A stretch of DNA of 28,114 bases from an uncultured Candidatus Saccharibacteria bacterium (GCA_964537645.1 CAZICC010000002.1:1-28114), one strand, 5' to 3'. Shown: positions 1-9,707, numbered from the stretch's first letter. The notes: generated from the letters alone by a model not told the origin. Numbers and translations are program-made.

Positions 1-2
1 GC

Positions 3-494
3 AGCGAACCTTACCTTGAATTGATTGACGCGGCCGCGCGGCTGGGCTTGAAAGTGGCGGCCATCGCGCCTCCGCAGCGGGACGACATTGAGTTCTGCCG
101 CTATCATTACGACATGGCCCTTAACGTCGCCGAAATTCTCAAAAAGGACCCGGGCGCGAAAATAATCGTTTTTGCCGGCGCCACCCACGTTTTCCCGAAT
201 TACATCCCGGATTCCGGCGTGGTTCTGGAGGGTTACCTGATGCGCCAGGACATTCCCGACATCGTCAAAAAACTGGCCGGCGCCGAATCAATCACCTTTG
301 AATGCGTCGGCGGCCTGAAGGACGCGGAATTGCGGAAATATCTCAATTCGGAAAAAGTCCTGGAAAAACACGTTGAAAAGCGCGGCTGGGCCGAGAAAAG
401 ATTTTTCATCTCCGTTCCGCCCGAAATCAGCACCTTGTCGCCGGAGGCGGATTATTACTATATCCATCTGCCCCAGTATTTGAACAAAGAGTAA
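3..494 (+). CDS. 5'-truncated hypothetical protein, possibly ChaN/TraB/EreA-like fold
   Basis: The frame is open from position 3 to TAA at 492-494 and is followed by a terminator. The motif KIIVFAGATHV resembles the conserved VxxGxxH strand of ChaN/TraB-like proteins; the fold call is weak. Confidence 0.6.
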   Translation, partial: SEPYLELIDAAARLGLKVAAIAPPQRDDIEFCRYHYDMALNVAEILKKDPGAKIIVFAGATHVFPNYIPDSGVVLEGYLMRQDIPDIVKKLAGAESITFECVGGLKDAELRKYLNSEKVLEKHVEKRGWAEKRFFISVPPEISTLSPEADYYYIHLPQYLNKE

Positions 495-526
495 AAAAAC
501 CGGTCGCCTAAGGCGACCGGTTTTTT
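494..526 (+). terminator. Intrinsic, potentially bidirectional terminator
   Basis: AAAAAA-CCGGTCGCC-TAA-GGCGACCGG-TTTTTT directly after the stop codon. Confidence 0.9.
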
Positions 527-539
527 GTTTGCGGGATTA

Positions 540-654
540 GCTAACCCGGTGCTACAACTTTGACGCAAAATCCTCCGTTAGTGTTGGCATAGGATGGCTT
601 TATTTTGCAAACGAGCTTTCGGTGACAACAACAATGTTGTAGCACCGGGTTAGC
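540..654. repeat. 115-bp segment bounded by a perfect 19-bp inverted repeat (MITE-like or structured RNA)
   Basis: GCTAACCCGGTGCTACAAC (540-558) is the exact reverse complement of GTTGTAGCACCGGGTTAGC (636-654). Confidence 0.6.
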
Positions 655-676
655 ACTCTTGACATAGGAGTGCTAA
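650..676 (+). promoter_or_regulatory. CIRCE element (HrcA operator)
   Basis: Perfect consensus TTAGCACTC-N9-GAGTGCTAA immediately upstream of hrcA. Confidence 0.97.
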
Positions 677-687
677 CGCATTAAAAT
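659..687 (+). promoter_or_regulatory. sigma70-type promoter of the hrcA operon
   Basis: TTGACA (659-664, inside the CIRCE spacer), a 17-nt spacer, then TAAAAT (682-687). Confidence 0.8.
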
Positions 688-697
688 GGAAATCAGC

Positions 698-1438
698 ATG
701 AACGAGAGGCAAAGCGTCATTCTCAAAACCGTCATTGAGGAATTCGTCAATTTGGCGGAGCCCGTCGGTTCCAAATTTTTGTCCCGGAAATACGACTGGG
801 GAATTTCGGCCGCCACCATCCGCAACGACCTGGCCGCGCTCGTTGACGAGGGCTATTTGAAACAGCCCCACACTTCCGCCGGCCGGATTCCGACGGACAA
901 GGGTTACCGGTTTTTCATCCAGTCGCTGAGGGAGGATAATTTTTCGGCCGAGAAAAGATTTTTGGAAGCAATCAATTCCGTTTTTGAATCCGCCAGCGAA
1001 GAACATCGCCTCTTCAGGGAAATCGCCAGGACTTTGGCCGAACTTTCCGGGAACATGGGCATAGCCGGATTGGTGGACCCCTCCGCGCCGCTCGGGGCAA
1101 GCGATTACGAAATTTCCAAATCCGGAATGTCCCGGCTTTTGCGCCAGCCGGAATTTGACGAAATAGACGAATTCTGGCGGTTCGCCGAAGATTTTGAAAT
1201 GTTTGACCGGAAAATTTTTGAACGCGCGCCGGAACTTTGCGAAGCGCGCCAAGTGCGGGTTTTCATCGGCCGGGAAAATCCGCTGGCCGAAAACGAGGAA
1301 TTGAGCTTGGTCATTTCCGGATACGAAAGAAAAGACGGCCGGAAAGGCGTGGCCGGAATCCTGGGGCCGAAGCGGATGAAATACAACAGGAATATTTCAT
1401 TGGTAGATTATATCTCAAAACTTTTGAGCGCCAGATAG
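698..1438 (+). CDS. hrcA: Heat-inducible transcription repressor HrcA
   Basis: N-terminal wHTH motifs (VGSK, SAATIRNDLAALVDEGYLKQPHTSAGRIPTDKGYR) and C-terminal GILGPKRMKY. The ORF opens at 686, but that ATG overlaps the -10 box, so ATG 698 (MNERQ) is preferred. Confidence 0.96.
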   Translation: MNERQSVILKTVIEEFVNLAEPVGSKFLSRKYDWGISAATIRNDLAALVDEGYLKQPHTSAGRIPTDKGYRFFIQSLREDNFSAEKRFLEAINSVFESASEEHRLFREIARTLAELSGNMGIAGLVDPSAPLGASDYEISKSGMSRLLRQPEFDEIDEFWRFAEDFEMFDRKIFERAPELCEARQVRVFIGRENPLAENEELSLVISGYERKDGRKGVAGILGPKRMKYNRNISLVDYISKLLSAR

Positions 1439-1464
1439 AATTTAGCCCCCTTGCCTCATTGCCA

Positions 1465-1522
1465 AAATCCCAATTTCCAATTTTCAATTTCCAAACAAAT
1501 TCCAAATCTAAAAATTTTAAAA
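1465..1522. repeat. Degenerate heptamer tandem array (CCAATTT-like), single arm
   Basis: CCAATTT CCAATTT TCAATTT CCAAACA AATTCCA AATC between hrcA and the next gene. Confidence 0.7.
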
Positions 1523-1535
1523 CTTCCGTAACCTT

Positions 1536-2462
1536 ATGGAAAAAGAGCCAATTATCATCGGTAAAAATCTGACGTTAGAGGACAAGGAGGAGATAAAAAA
1601 CAGATTGGAAAAGATAAAGGAACAGGCCCGCCAGCCGATCGAGGGCGAATTTGAGAAAACCGAAGACGAATTGAAATTCATTGAACGGGTCAATTCGTAT
1701 ATCGGCGAAGAATTATGGGGACTTGGCCTGGAGGACAAGCCGGAAATCAAGCCGGAGCAGGTCCATCTCCTGCCCAAAGAAGTTTTTGACGAATGGTTCC
1801 CGGAACTGGGTTCGCAGGCCTGCTCATCGGCCAACCGCCGGGCGATTTACATTGACAAATCCGCTTCAACGGGCTTGCGCCTGCCGGTTTTCAAATCCTT
1901 GCTCCACGAGTCGCTTCATCTGGCTTCTCACTACAAATTTCGGTCGGAAGAAAACAAGGGGATGGCTTATCGCTTCGGTTATAAAATTTATAATCCCAAA
2001 AACGACCACGAACATTTTTCCGGCCTGAACGAGGCGGTGATTGACAAGACCGCGAAAGAAATTTTCGCAAAACGGGAAAAAGAACTGGCGGACGAATTCG
2101 GTTTTCCGGAAAGCGAAAAAAAGACGCTTTTCTGGTACGACGAATACGTCAAACCTCTGGAGGCGATAATCGGGAAAATCGCCGAAAAGAACGGCGAAAC
2201 CGGAGAAACGGTCTGGCGGCGGTTCAAAAAGGGGCTTTTCACCGGCGAAATGATGCATTTGCGGGAAGTGGAAAGAGTTTTCGGCAAGGACGCCCTGAAA
2301 GTTTTCGCCGCCCTGGGTCAAACGACAAAATTCTTATCCGTTGACGAAGTCAACGAAAAGGTTTTGCGGTATTTTGAGACCGATGACCCGGAAGAACGCC
2401 AAAAACTCGCCAAAACGATTCTGGGAAAAGGGGCCAAGAAGATACCAATTAATTTTGGATAA
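1536..2462 (+). CDS. Hypothetical protein with zincin-like HExxH motif (paralog 1)
   Basis: 308-aa ORF with LLHESLHLAS and a downstream LNEAVID; colinear similarity to 2489-3403. Confidence 0.85.
   Translation: MEKEPIIIGKNLTLEDKEEIKNRLEKIKEQARQPIEGEFEKTEDELKFIERVNSYIGEELWGLGLEDKPEIKPEQVHLLPKEVFDEWFPELGSQACSSANRRAIYIDKSASTGLRLPVFKSLLHESLHLASHYKFRSEENKGMAYRFGYKIYNPKNDHEHFSGLNEAVIDKTAKEIFAKREKELADEFGFPESEKKTLFWYDEYVKPLEAIIGKIAEKNGETGETVWRRFKKGLFTGEMMHLREVERVFGKDALKVFAALGQTTKFLSVDEVNEKVLRYFETDDPEERQKLAKTILGKGAKKIPINFG
2244..2296 (+). repeat. 53-nt block identical to 3206-3258
   Basis: GGCGAAATGATGCATTTGCGGGAAGTGGAAAGAGTTTTCGGCAAGGACGCCCT is present verbatim in both paralogs. Confidence 0.9.
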
Positions 2463-2488
2463 ATTATAATTTATAATTTTTAGCCAAT

Positions 2489-3403
2489 ATGATGGAACGC
2501 GAACCTATAATTTTTGGAAAAAATCTGACGTCGGAAGAAAAAAAAGAGTGGCAAGACTTGCTTCAAAAAGCAAGAGAAAAATCCCTAGAACCGATTGAAG
2601 GCGAGTTGGAAAAAACGCCGGAAGAATTACAATTTATCGGAAAAATCAACTTATGGACGAATGAAGAATTAAAAGAGATGGGGATATCGGAAGATTTTTT
2701 GGTGAAGCCGGAGCAAATCCATTTTTTGTCTCATGATGATTACAGCGCTAAATTTTTTAAAGATGTCAATTCTGGGGCTATCTGCGATCCCACCACCCAA
2801 ATAATTTTTATAGACAAATCCGCGCGCCGCAGAACTGAATTATATCGAACTATCTTTCATGAAATTCTTCACTTAGCATCTTATTATAAAGGCAAGGTTT
2901 ACCGCGAAGAAAAAAAACTTAGAGAATATAGAAGCGGTTACGGCATTATTTCTGGATTAGAAAAATATCACCAACATTTATCGGCATTCAACGAAGCGAT
3001 GATTGACAAAGTTCGGGGAGAAATTTTTCGGAAACATTTGGACGAATTTTTTGAAGAATTCCAATTGACTCAACAGGAACGCAAAGAAACCTTTCCTTAT
3101 AATCCGTATGAAGATGTTGTGGATATTATAATTGATAAAATAGCCGCGAAGAACGGCGAATCAAGGGATAAGGTTTGGAAAAGGTTTAAAAAAGGGCTTT
3201 TCACGGGCGAAATGATGCATTTGCGGGAAGTGGAAAGAGTTTTCGGCAAGGACGCCCTCAAAATCATTGGGATGGGAGCGATAGCGCCCGACAAACCCTT
3301 TGATTGGGATACTTTTAAAAAAATCAAAAAGTATTTCAAAGTCGACGACGAAACCGAACGACAAAAGATGAATGAAGAGATTTTGAAAACGACTAATCGG
3401 TAA
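2489..3403 (+). CDS. Hypothetical protein with zincin-like HExxH motif (paralog 2)
   Basis: 304-aa ORF with IFHEILHLAS and FNEAMID; shares EPIIxGKNLT, KPEQxH, IDKSA and FKKGLFTGEMMHLREVERVFGKDALK with paralog 1. Confidence 0.85.
   Translation: MMEREPIIFGKNLTSEEKKEWQDLLQKAREKSLEPIEGELEKTPEELQFIGKINLWTNEELKEMGISEDFLVKPEQIHFLSHDDYSAKFFKDVNSGAICDPTTQIIFIDKSARRRTELYRTIFHEILHLASYYKGKVYREEKKLREYRSGYGIISGLEKYHQHLSAFNEAMIDKVRGEIFRKHLDEFFEEFQLTQQERKETFPYNPYEDVVDIIIDKIAAKNGESRDKVWKRFKKGLFTGEMMHLREVERVFGKDALKIIGMGAIAPDKPFDWDTFKKIKKYFKVDDETERQKMNEEILKTTNR
3206..3258 (+). repeat. 53-nt block identical to 2244-2296
   Basis: Direct sequence comparison by eye. Confidence 0.9.
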
Positions 3404-3415
3404 CTGTTCCAATTT

Positions 3416-3856
3416 ATGTTCGAGATGTTTAAAGGCCCGGCCGCTGAAACCGGCGAAAAGGGTCTCAAAAAAGAAGAAGGCGAAGAAATGGCGGAAGTAG
3501 ATTTTGAGAACCTTAAAAAAGGCGACAAGTTGGTGGTGGAAACCGGAGACGATGAGGGCGGGATTTCCAAATACGAAATCATCGTTGACGGGAAAACAAA
3601 GCATGCCCTGCGGGTTTCGGTCAGGAGCGAATGGGGGAAGGAAATCGAAGAGTTCACGGCCCGGATGATGGGCGGCCTGACAATGGAGAAAGGCGAGACG
3701 CGGGGCCTGATAAAAGTCAGCGGCAAGGAAGAAAAGAACTGCCTTTATTTCCAAAATCTCAAGGACGCCAAAACGGAACTGCGCGCCGGGGCGAGGCGCA
3801 CCCGGCCGATAGGAAAAATTGTGGTGATTAAAAAGGAGGAGAAAAAAGAAAGGTAA
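3416..3856 (+). CDS. Hypothetical protein
   Basis: 146-aa ORF that fills the gap between paralog 2 and grpE on the operon strand; no family recognised. Confidence 0.75.
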   Translation: MFEMFKGPAAETGEKGLKKEEGEEMAEVDFENLKKGDKLVVETGDDEGGISKYEIIVDGKTKHALRVSVRSEWGKEIEEFTARMMGGLTMEKGETRGLIKVSGKEEKNCLYFQNLKDAKTELRAGARRTRPIGKIVVIKKEEKKER

Positions 3857-3895
3857 ATTATCTTAATTTCTAATTGACCCAATAAGAATTTAATT

Positions 3896-4489
3896 ATGCT
3901 CGATGAATTAAATAAAAAAGAAGAACAATCCGCCCAAGGCGGACAAGAAGCCGCCGAAAAAGCGGTTGATGAGATTGCCGCGTCGGCTTCGCCTCCTCGC
4001 GATGACAAAGAAGAAACGCCTCGCGATGACGAGAGCGAATTGGAGAAAGCTAAGCGCGAGCGGGGTGAATATCTTGCCGGATGGCAAAGAGCCAAGGCGG
4101 ACTTTTTGAATTACCAGAAAGACGAAAAGAAGCGGTTGGAGGAATTTTTGAAATTTTGCGAAGCTGGGTTGATTGGCGATTTATTGCCGGTTCTGGACAG
4201 TTTCGATTTGGCTTTGAATGAGATTGCTTCGTCGGCTCCGCCTCCTCGCAATGACAAATTGGCCAAAGGCTTTTTCCTCATCAAGTCCCAGATGGACGAG
4301 ATTTTGAAAAAGAGGGGATTGGAGCCGGTGAAATCCGTCGGCGAAAAATTCAACCCGGAATTTCACGAAGCGGTGGCGACGGTTGAGGACTCTTCCAAGG
4401 AATTCCAAACAATCGTTGAAGAAATACAAAAAGGATACGCGCTCAACGGCAGAACGTTGAGAGCGGCAAAGGTGAAGATAATCAAATAA
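3896..4489 (+). CDS. grpE: Nucleotide exchange factor GrpE, with two repeat-derived peptide segments
   Basis: QRAKADFLNYQK, LLPVLDSFDLAL, GEKFNPEFHEAV and QKGYALNGRTLRAAKVKI motifs; lies upstream of dnaK. Confidence 0.96.
   Translation: MLDELNKKEEQSAQGGQEAAEKAVDEIAASASPPRDDKEETPRDDESELEKAKRERGEYLAGWQRAKADFLNYQKDEKKRLEEFLKFCEAGLIGDLLPVLDSFDLALNEIASSAPPPRNDKLAKGFFLIKSQMDEILKKRGLEPVKSVGEKFNPEFHEAVATVEDSSKEFQTIVEEIQKGYALNGRTLRAAKVKIIK
3971..4006. repeat. 36-nt palindromic repeat in-frame in grpE (copy A; partial copy at 4019-4030)
   Basis: GAGATTGCCGCGTCGGCTTCGCCTCCTCGCGATGAC encodes EIAASASPPRDD; 32/36 identical to copy B. Confidence 0.85.
4220..4255. repeat. 36-nt palindromic repeat in-frame in grpE (copy B)
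   Basis: GAGATTGCTTCGTCGGCTCCGCCTCCTCGCAATGAC encodes EIASSAPPPRND; internal ATTGC...GCAAT palindrome. Confidence 0.85.
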
Positions 4490-4602
4490 TTTTGAATTTT
4501 TAATTTTGAATCAATTTTCAATTATCTAATTTCAAAAAATAATTTTAAAATTGAAACATTCAAAAATTTATTCGAAATTCAAAATTCAGAATTTAAAATT
4601 AA
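4488..4602. repeat. AT-rich heptamer-period imperfect hairpin between grpE and dnaK
   Basis: Left arm has TTTTGAA/TTTTTAA units and right arm has AAATTC/AAAATTC units that are reverse-complementary to them. Confidence 0.65.
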
Positions 4603-4608
4603 AATCAG

Positions 4609-4658
4609 TGAGACCTGAAACCTGAAACTTTTTGTTAAGTTTCAAGCTTCAAGTTTCA
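4609..4658. repeat. Second heptamer-period hairpin upstream of dnaK
   Basis: TGAGACCTGAAACCTGAAAC (4609-4628) pairs imperfectly with GTTTCAAGCTTCAAGTTTCA (4639-4658). Confidence 0.65.
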
Positions 4659-4673
4659 TGATTCAAGAAGAAA

Positions 4674-6569
<1,896 letters not shown>

Positions 6570-6592
6570 TTTTGAGCGGCAAAGATTTTTCA

Positions 6593-6619
6593 ACGGCCCC
6601 GACGTTTCGCCGGGGCCGT
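6593..6619 (+). terminator. GC-rich hairpin after dnaK with no U-tract (possible terminator or stabilising hairpin)
   Basis: ACGGCCCCG-N9-CGGGGCCGT. Confidence 0.45.
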
Positions 6620-6645
6620 CACCATTAGCGGCGGAATCGGGAATG

Positions 6646-6654
6646 TGATATGAT
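6646..6654 (+). promoter_or_regulatory. Extended -10 promoter, probably producing a leaderless mRNA
   Basis: TG-A-TATGAT ends 6 nt before ATG 6661; no SD sequence. Confidence 0.55.
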
Positions 6655-6660
6655 GGAAAT

Positions 6661-7692
6661 ATGGTTATCCGTCAGAAAGGCGAAACATTTCTTTTGAACT
6701 ACGAAATCAAGGTTTTGTTTTTGGGAATCGCCGCCTTCATTCTGGCGCTCGCCGCCGGTTTTTTGTTCAACGGGCTTCTTTACGGTTCGCTTTCGCAAAG
6801 TCGCGGCGCTTCGGCTTTTTGGATTCTGGCGGCGGCCGCGCTTTTGCTGCTGGTTGCGATGCTGGCGGTCTCCTCGCTGGTCATCCGGCAAAAAGTCGTT
6901 TATCTGTTTTTCGGCGCGGCGGCGCTGGCTTTGATTTTACCTGTGGCCACCAGGGCGAACGGCTGGCAGTGGCTCGCGGCCGGCGTCCTGTTTTTATGGA
7001 TGGTCTGGGCCCGCCGGCGGATACGAAGCGACCTGGCAAATTTCGTCAAGCCGAAAACCGGCCGGATTTTGAGCCGGGGAGTGAAAAAAATTCTTTCGGG
7101 GCTGGTTATTTTCATCAGCGTTTTTTATTTCTTTTCGCCCCAAATCCGGCAAACCGAAAATTTGTTCGTATCCCGGAGATTGTTTGAAGCCGTCATAGTT
7201 CCCGTAGAAAAACTGGTCCGGGGTTTCGCGCCCGAATTCAGGAAGGATATGACGGTTGACGAAGCAATCTTGAAAATCGCCGGAAAGGCGACTCTTGACG
7301 AAGCGTTGAAAAAAGAACCGCGCCTGAAAGAAATGCCGGCCATGGAAATTGAAAATCTCCGCAGGCAATTTTTTGAACAATTCAAAAGCGAAGTCCCCAA
7401 ACAAAGACAGGAGTTTTCCGCGCGATTGGGCATCGCCCTGAAAGGCGACGAGAAAATCGCCGACGTTTTTTACGATTTCGCGTTGGCCAAATTACGAGAA
7501 TTGCCGGGATCCGCCCGAATGTCCGTCGGATTTTTTCTGGCTTTGAGTTTGTATTTCATTTTAAAAATTGCCGCCCTTCCTTTCGCATGGCTGGCGCTGG
7601 CTTTGGCCGTCGGCCTGTTTTGGATTCTCGCCGCGGCCGATTTCTTTTCCGTCAAGAAAGAAACGATTGAAAAGGTAGTCATGGAAATTTAA
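6661..7692 (+). CDS. Hypothetical polytopic membrane protein
   Basis: 343 aa with several N-terminal hydrophobic segments, a soluble middle domain and C-terminal hydrophobic segments. Confidence 0.85.
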   Translation: MVIRQKGETFLLNYEIKVLFLGIAAFILALAAGFLFNGLLYGSLSQSRGASAFWILAAAALLLLVAMLAVSSLVIRQKVVYLFFGAAALALILPVATRANGWQWLAAGVLFLWMVWARRRIRSDLANFVKPKTGRILSRGVKKILSGLVIFISVFYFFSPQIRQTENLFVSRRLFEAVIVPVEKLVRGFAPEFRKDMTVDEAILKIAGKATLDEALKKEPRLKEMPAMEIENLRRQFFEQFKSEVPKQRQEFSARLGIALKGDEKIADVFYDFALAKLRELPGSARMSVGFFLALSLYFILKIAALPFAWLALALAVGLFWILAAADFFSVKKETIEKVVMEI

Positions 7693-7714
7693 TTGGCACC
7701 GAGTTTTTATGTAA

Positions 7715-7978
7715 CTATGCTGGAATCAGCCGTTTTGGCTGATTTTTTTTGGTCAGCTGGTTTGCCAGCATTTTTTGACGAGGCGTCCCCAAAACTTGGA
7801 GAATCGGACAATGAGTCGGACTAATCCGGATTATCGCCACAACGGCGGCAACTATTGCCAGAGCCAATACCGCGAGACAGAGTATGGCCGGCCATAGCGT
7901 TTTAAAAATGGAATCCCACTCATCCAAATACAAATCGTAGGATACCCGGAAAGAATAACCATTGCGTTCCGGCAGCAA
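7715..7978 (-). CDS. Possible small membrane protein (start uncertain)
   Basis: 3' end of the long minus-strand ORF fills an otherwise empty ~350-bp gap and has one hydrophobic helix (LWPAILCLAVLALAIVAAVVAII); TTG at 7978 is a guessed start. Confidence 0.3.
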   Translation of the reverse strand: MLPERNGYSFRVSYDLYLDEWDSIFKTLWPAILCLAVLALAIVAAVVAIIRISPTHCPILQVLGTPRQKMLANQLTKKNQPKRLIPA

Positions 7979-8008
7979 ATCCCATTGCGTTCGCGGCCGC
8001 CGGATGCC

Positions 8009-8037
8009 TTGCGGCAGGATTATAAAATTGCTACACT
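8009..8037 (+). promoter_or_regulatory. sigma70-type promoter of dacA, probably leaderless
   Basis: TTGCGG-N17-TACACT with a TG extension; ATG 8045 lies 7 nt after the -10 box. Confidence 0.6.
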
Positions 8038-8044
8038 GGAATTG

Positions 8045-9256
8045 ATGACGAGATATTTTTCGGCCAATATTTCCGACATTTTGAAAAATTTGTCGTCCGC
8101 CAGCCTTCAGCCGAAGGATTTCATTGACGTCCTGATAGTGGCTTTCCTTATATACGCCATACTGCTTTTGCTGAAAAGAACCCATGCTTCGTTTATTTTG
8201 GCCGGCATCCTGGTTTTTGTCGTCGTTTACCTGGCCGCCCGCTTTTTCAATTTTTACCTGACTGGCATAATGCTCCAGGCCTTTTTCACTTCCTTCATCG
8301 TCATTTTGGTGATAATTTTCCAGAAGGAACTGCGGAATTTTTTTGAGTGGATTTCCGTTTCCGGCCGGGCGGCCCTGAAAAGAAAATCCTTGACCGAAGT
8401 CAGTGAAAATGAAATCGTCCAGGCGGCCGAATACCTGGCGCACCATAAAATCGGGGCGCTTATGGTGCTGGCGGGCAAACAACCGATAGACCGATTCGTT
8501 GAAAGCGGAATAAACCTGGATGGCGAGATTTCGGTGCCCCTGATTTTGAGCATACTTGACCCCACGTCGCCCGGGCACGACGGCGCCTTGATTATAGAGG
8601 GCAATAAAATCAAAAAATTCAGCGCTCATTTGCCCCTGGCCACCCGATTCAAAAAAATCGGCAATCTGGGCACGCGCCACCGGGCCGCCCTGGGTCTGGC
8701 CCAGTCGTCGGACGCTTTCGTCATCGTCGTTTCGGAAGAAAGAGGGGTGATTTCCGTCGCCCACCAGGGAAACCTGCGGGAACTCGTCGGCGCCGGCGAC
8801 TTGAAAACCGCCCTGGACAGGTTCGTCAAAGAAAAAATCCTGCCTTCCACCGCGCCCTGGTGGCGGAATCTGCTGTTCCATAACCTCCGCGAGAAAATCA
8901 TCGCGGTCGTCTTGGCGGCGCTTCTGTGGTTTATTTTCGCGTCTCCGTCGGGCATCCTCAGCCGGGAATTTGAAGTGCCGATTGAAGTCAGATTCCAGCC
9001 ATTGGGTTTAATCGTTGAAACCAATCCGAAAGCGGTCAACATAACCTTGAGCGGCCGGATACAAAATTTTGAATTATTGAACCCCGGCGGCTTGAAGGTT
9101 TTGATAGACGCTTCCGAATTCCGGGAAGGAACGCAAAAAATCAAAATGGAAGAAAAATTAATCAGCCGGCCCGGCGCTTTTTCGGTCACCGCTTTTTCCC
9201 CGAAAACGATACAAATAACGGCGAAAAAGTCGGCGGAGGGAAGCCAAAATCAATGA
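8045..9256 (+). CDS. dacA: Diadenylate cyclase (CdaA/DacA-type DisA_N domain) fused to a C-terminal TM helix and YbbR/CdaR-like domain
   Basis: N-terminal TM helices, IIFQKELR, HDGALII, GTRHRAALG and VVSEERGVISV, then a TM helix and an EVPIEV...VNITLSG YbbR-like region. ATG 8045 is preferred over the ORF-track start at 7985. Confidence 0.9.
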   Translation: MTRYFSANISDILKNLSSASLQPKDFIDVLIVAFLIYAILLLLKRTHASFILAGILVFVVVYLAARFFNFYLTGIMLQAFFTSFIVILVIIFQKELRNFFEWISVSGRAALKRKSLTEVSENEIVQAAEYLAHHKIGALMVLAGKQPIDRFVESGINLDGEISVPLILSILDPTSPGHDGALIIEGNKIKKFSAHLPLATRFKKIGNLGTRHRAALGLAQSSDAFVIVVSEERGVISVAHQGNLRELVGAGDLKTALDRFVKEKILPSTAPWWRNLLFHNLREKIIAVVLAALLWFIFASPSGILSREFEVPIEVRFQPLGLIVETNPKAVNITLSGRIQNFELLNPGGLKVLIDASEFREGTQKIKMEEKLISRPGAFSVTAFSPKTIQITAKKSAEGSQNQ

Positions 9257-9699
9257 TTATTTCAACGCCAATTTTTAAAAACGGCGGAAATATTCCGCCG
9301 AAATACACCTGCGACGGCGAAAACGTCAATCCGCCTCTGGAAATTTCCGACGTTCCGGCCGGAGCCCGGAGTTTGGTTTTGATTATGGACGACCCGGATA
9401 GTCCGGGCGGCGCGTGGCTCCACTGGTCGGTCTGGAACATTGACCCGAAGACAACCGAAATTATGGAAAACAGCGCGCCGGCCGGAGCGGTTGAAGGCGC
9501 CACCGGTTTCGGCCGGACCGGCTACGGCGGCCCCTGCCCGCGCTCGGGCGAGCACCGGTATTTTTTTCGGCTTTACGCGCTTGATTCCAAATTGAATTTG
9601 CCGGCCGGAGCGCGCCGTCCCGAACTGGAGCAGGCGATGGCCGGCCATGTTTTGGCCGAGGCGGAATTGACGGGGCGATACCGCCGGCAAAACCGATAA
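9253..9699 (+). CDS. YbhB/YbcL family Raf kinase inhibitor-like (PEBP) protein
   Basis: IPPKYTCDGENVNPPL, LIMDDPDSP, WLHW and YGGPCPRSGEHRYFFRLYALD. Confidence 0.95.
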   Translation: MIISTPIFKNGGNIPPKYTCDGENVNPPLEISDVPAGARSLVLIMDDPDSPGGAWLHWSVWNIDPKTTEIMENSAPAGAVEGATGFGRTGYGGPCPRSGEHRYFFRLYALDSKLNLPAGARRPELEQAMAGHVLAEAELTGRYRRQNR

Positions 9700-9707
9700 A
9701 AATTTCA

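Noticed and set aside
594-653. 19-aa leader peptide (MALFCKRAFGDNNNVVAPG) upstream of hrcA
   Set aside because: It lies inside the inverted-repeat element and upstream of the predicted hrcA promoter, has no convincing initiation signal, and an ORF this short is expected by chance.
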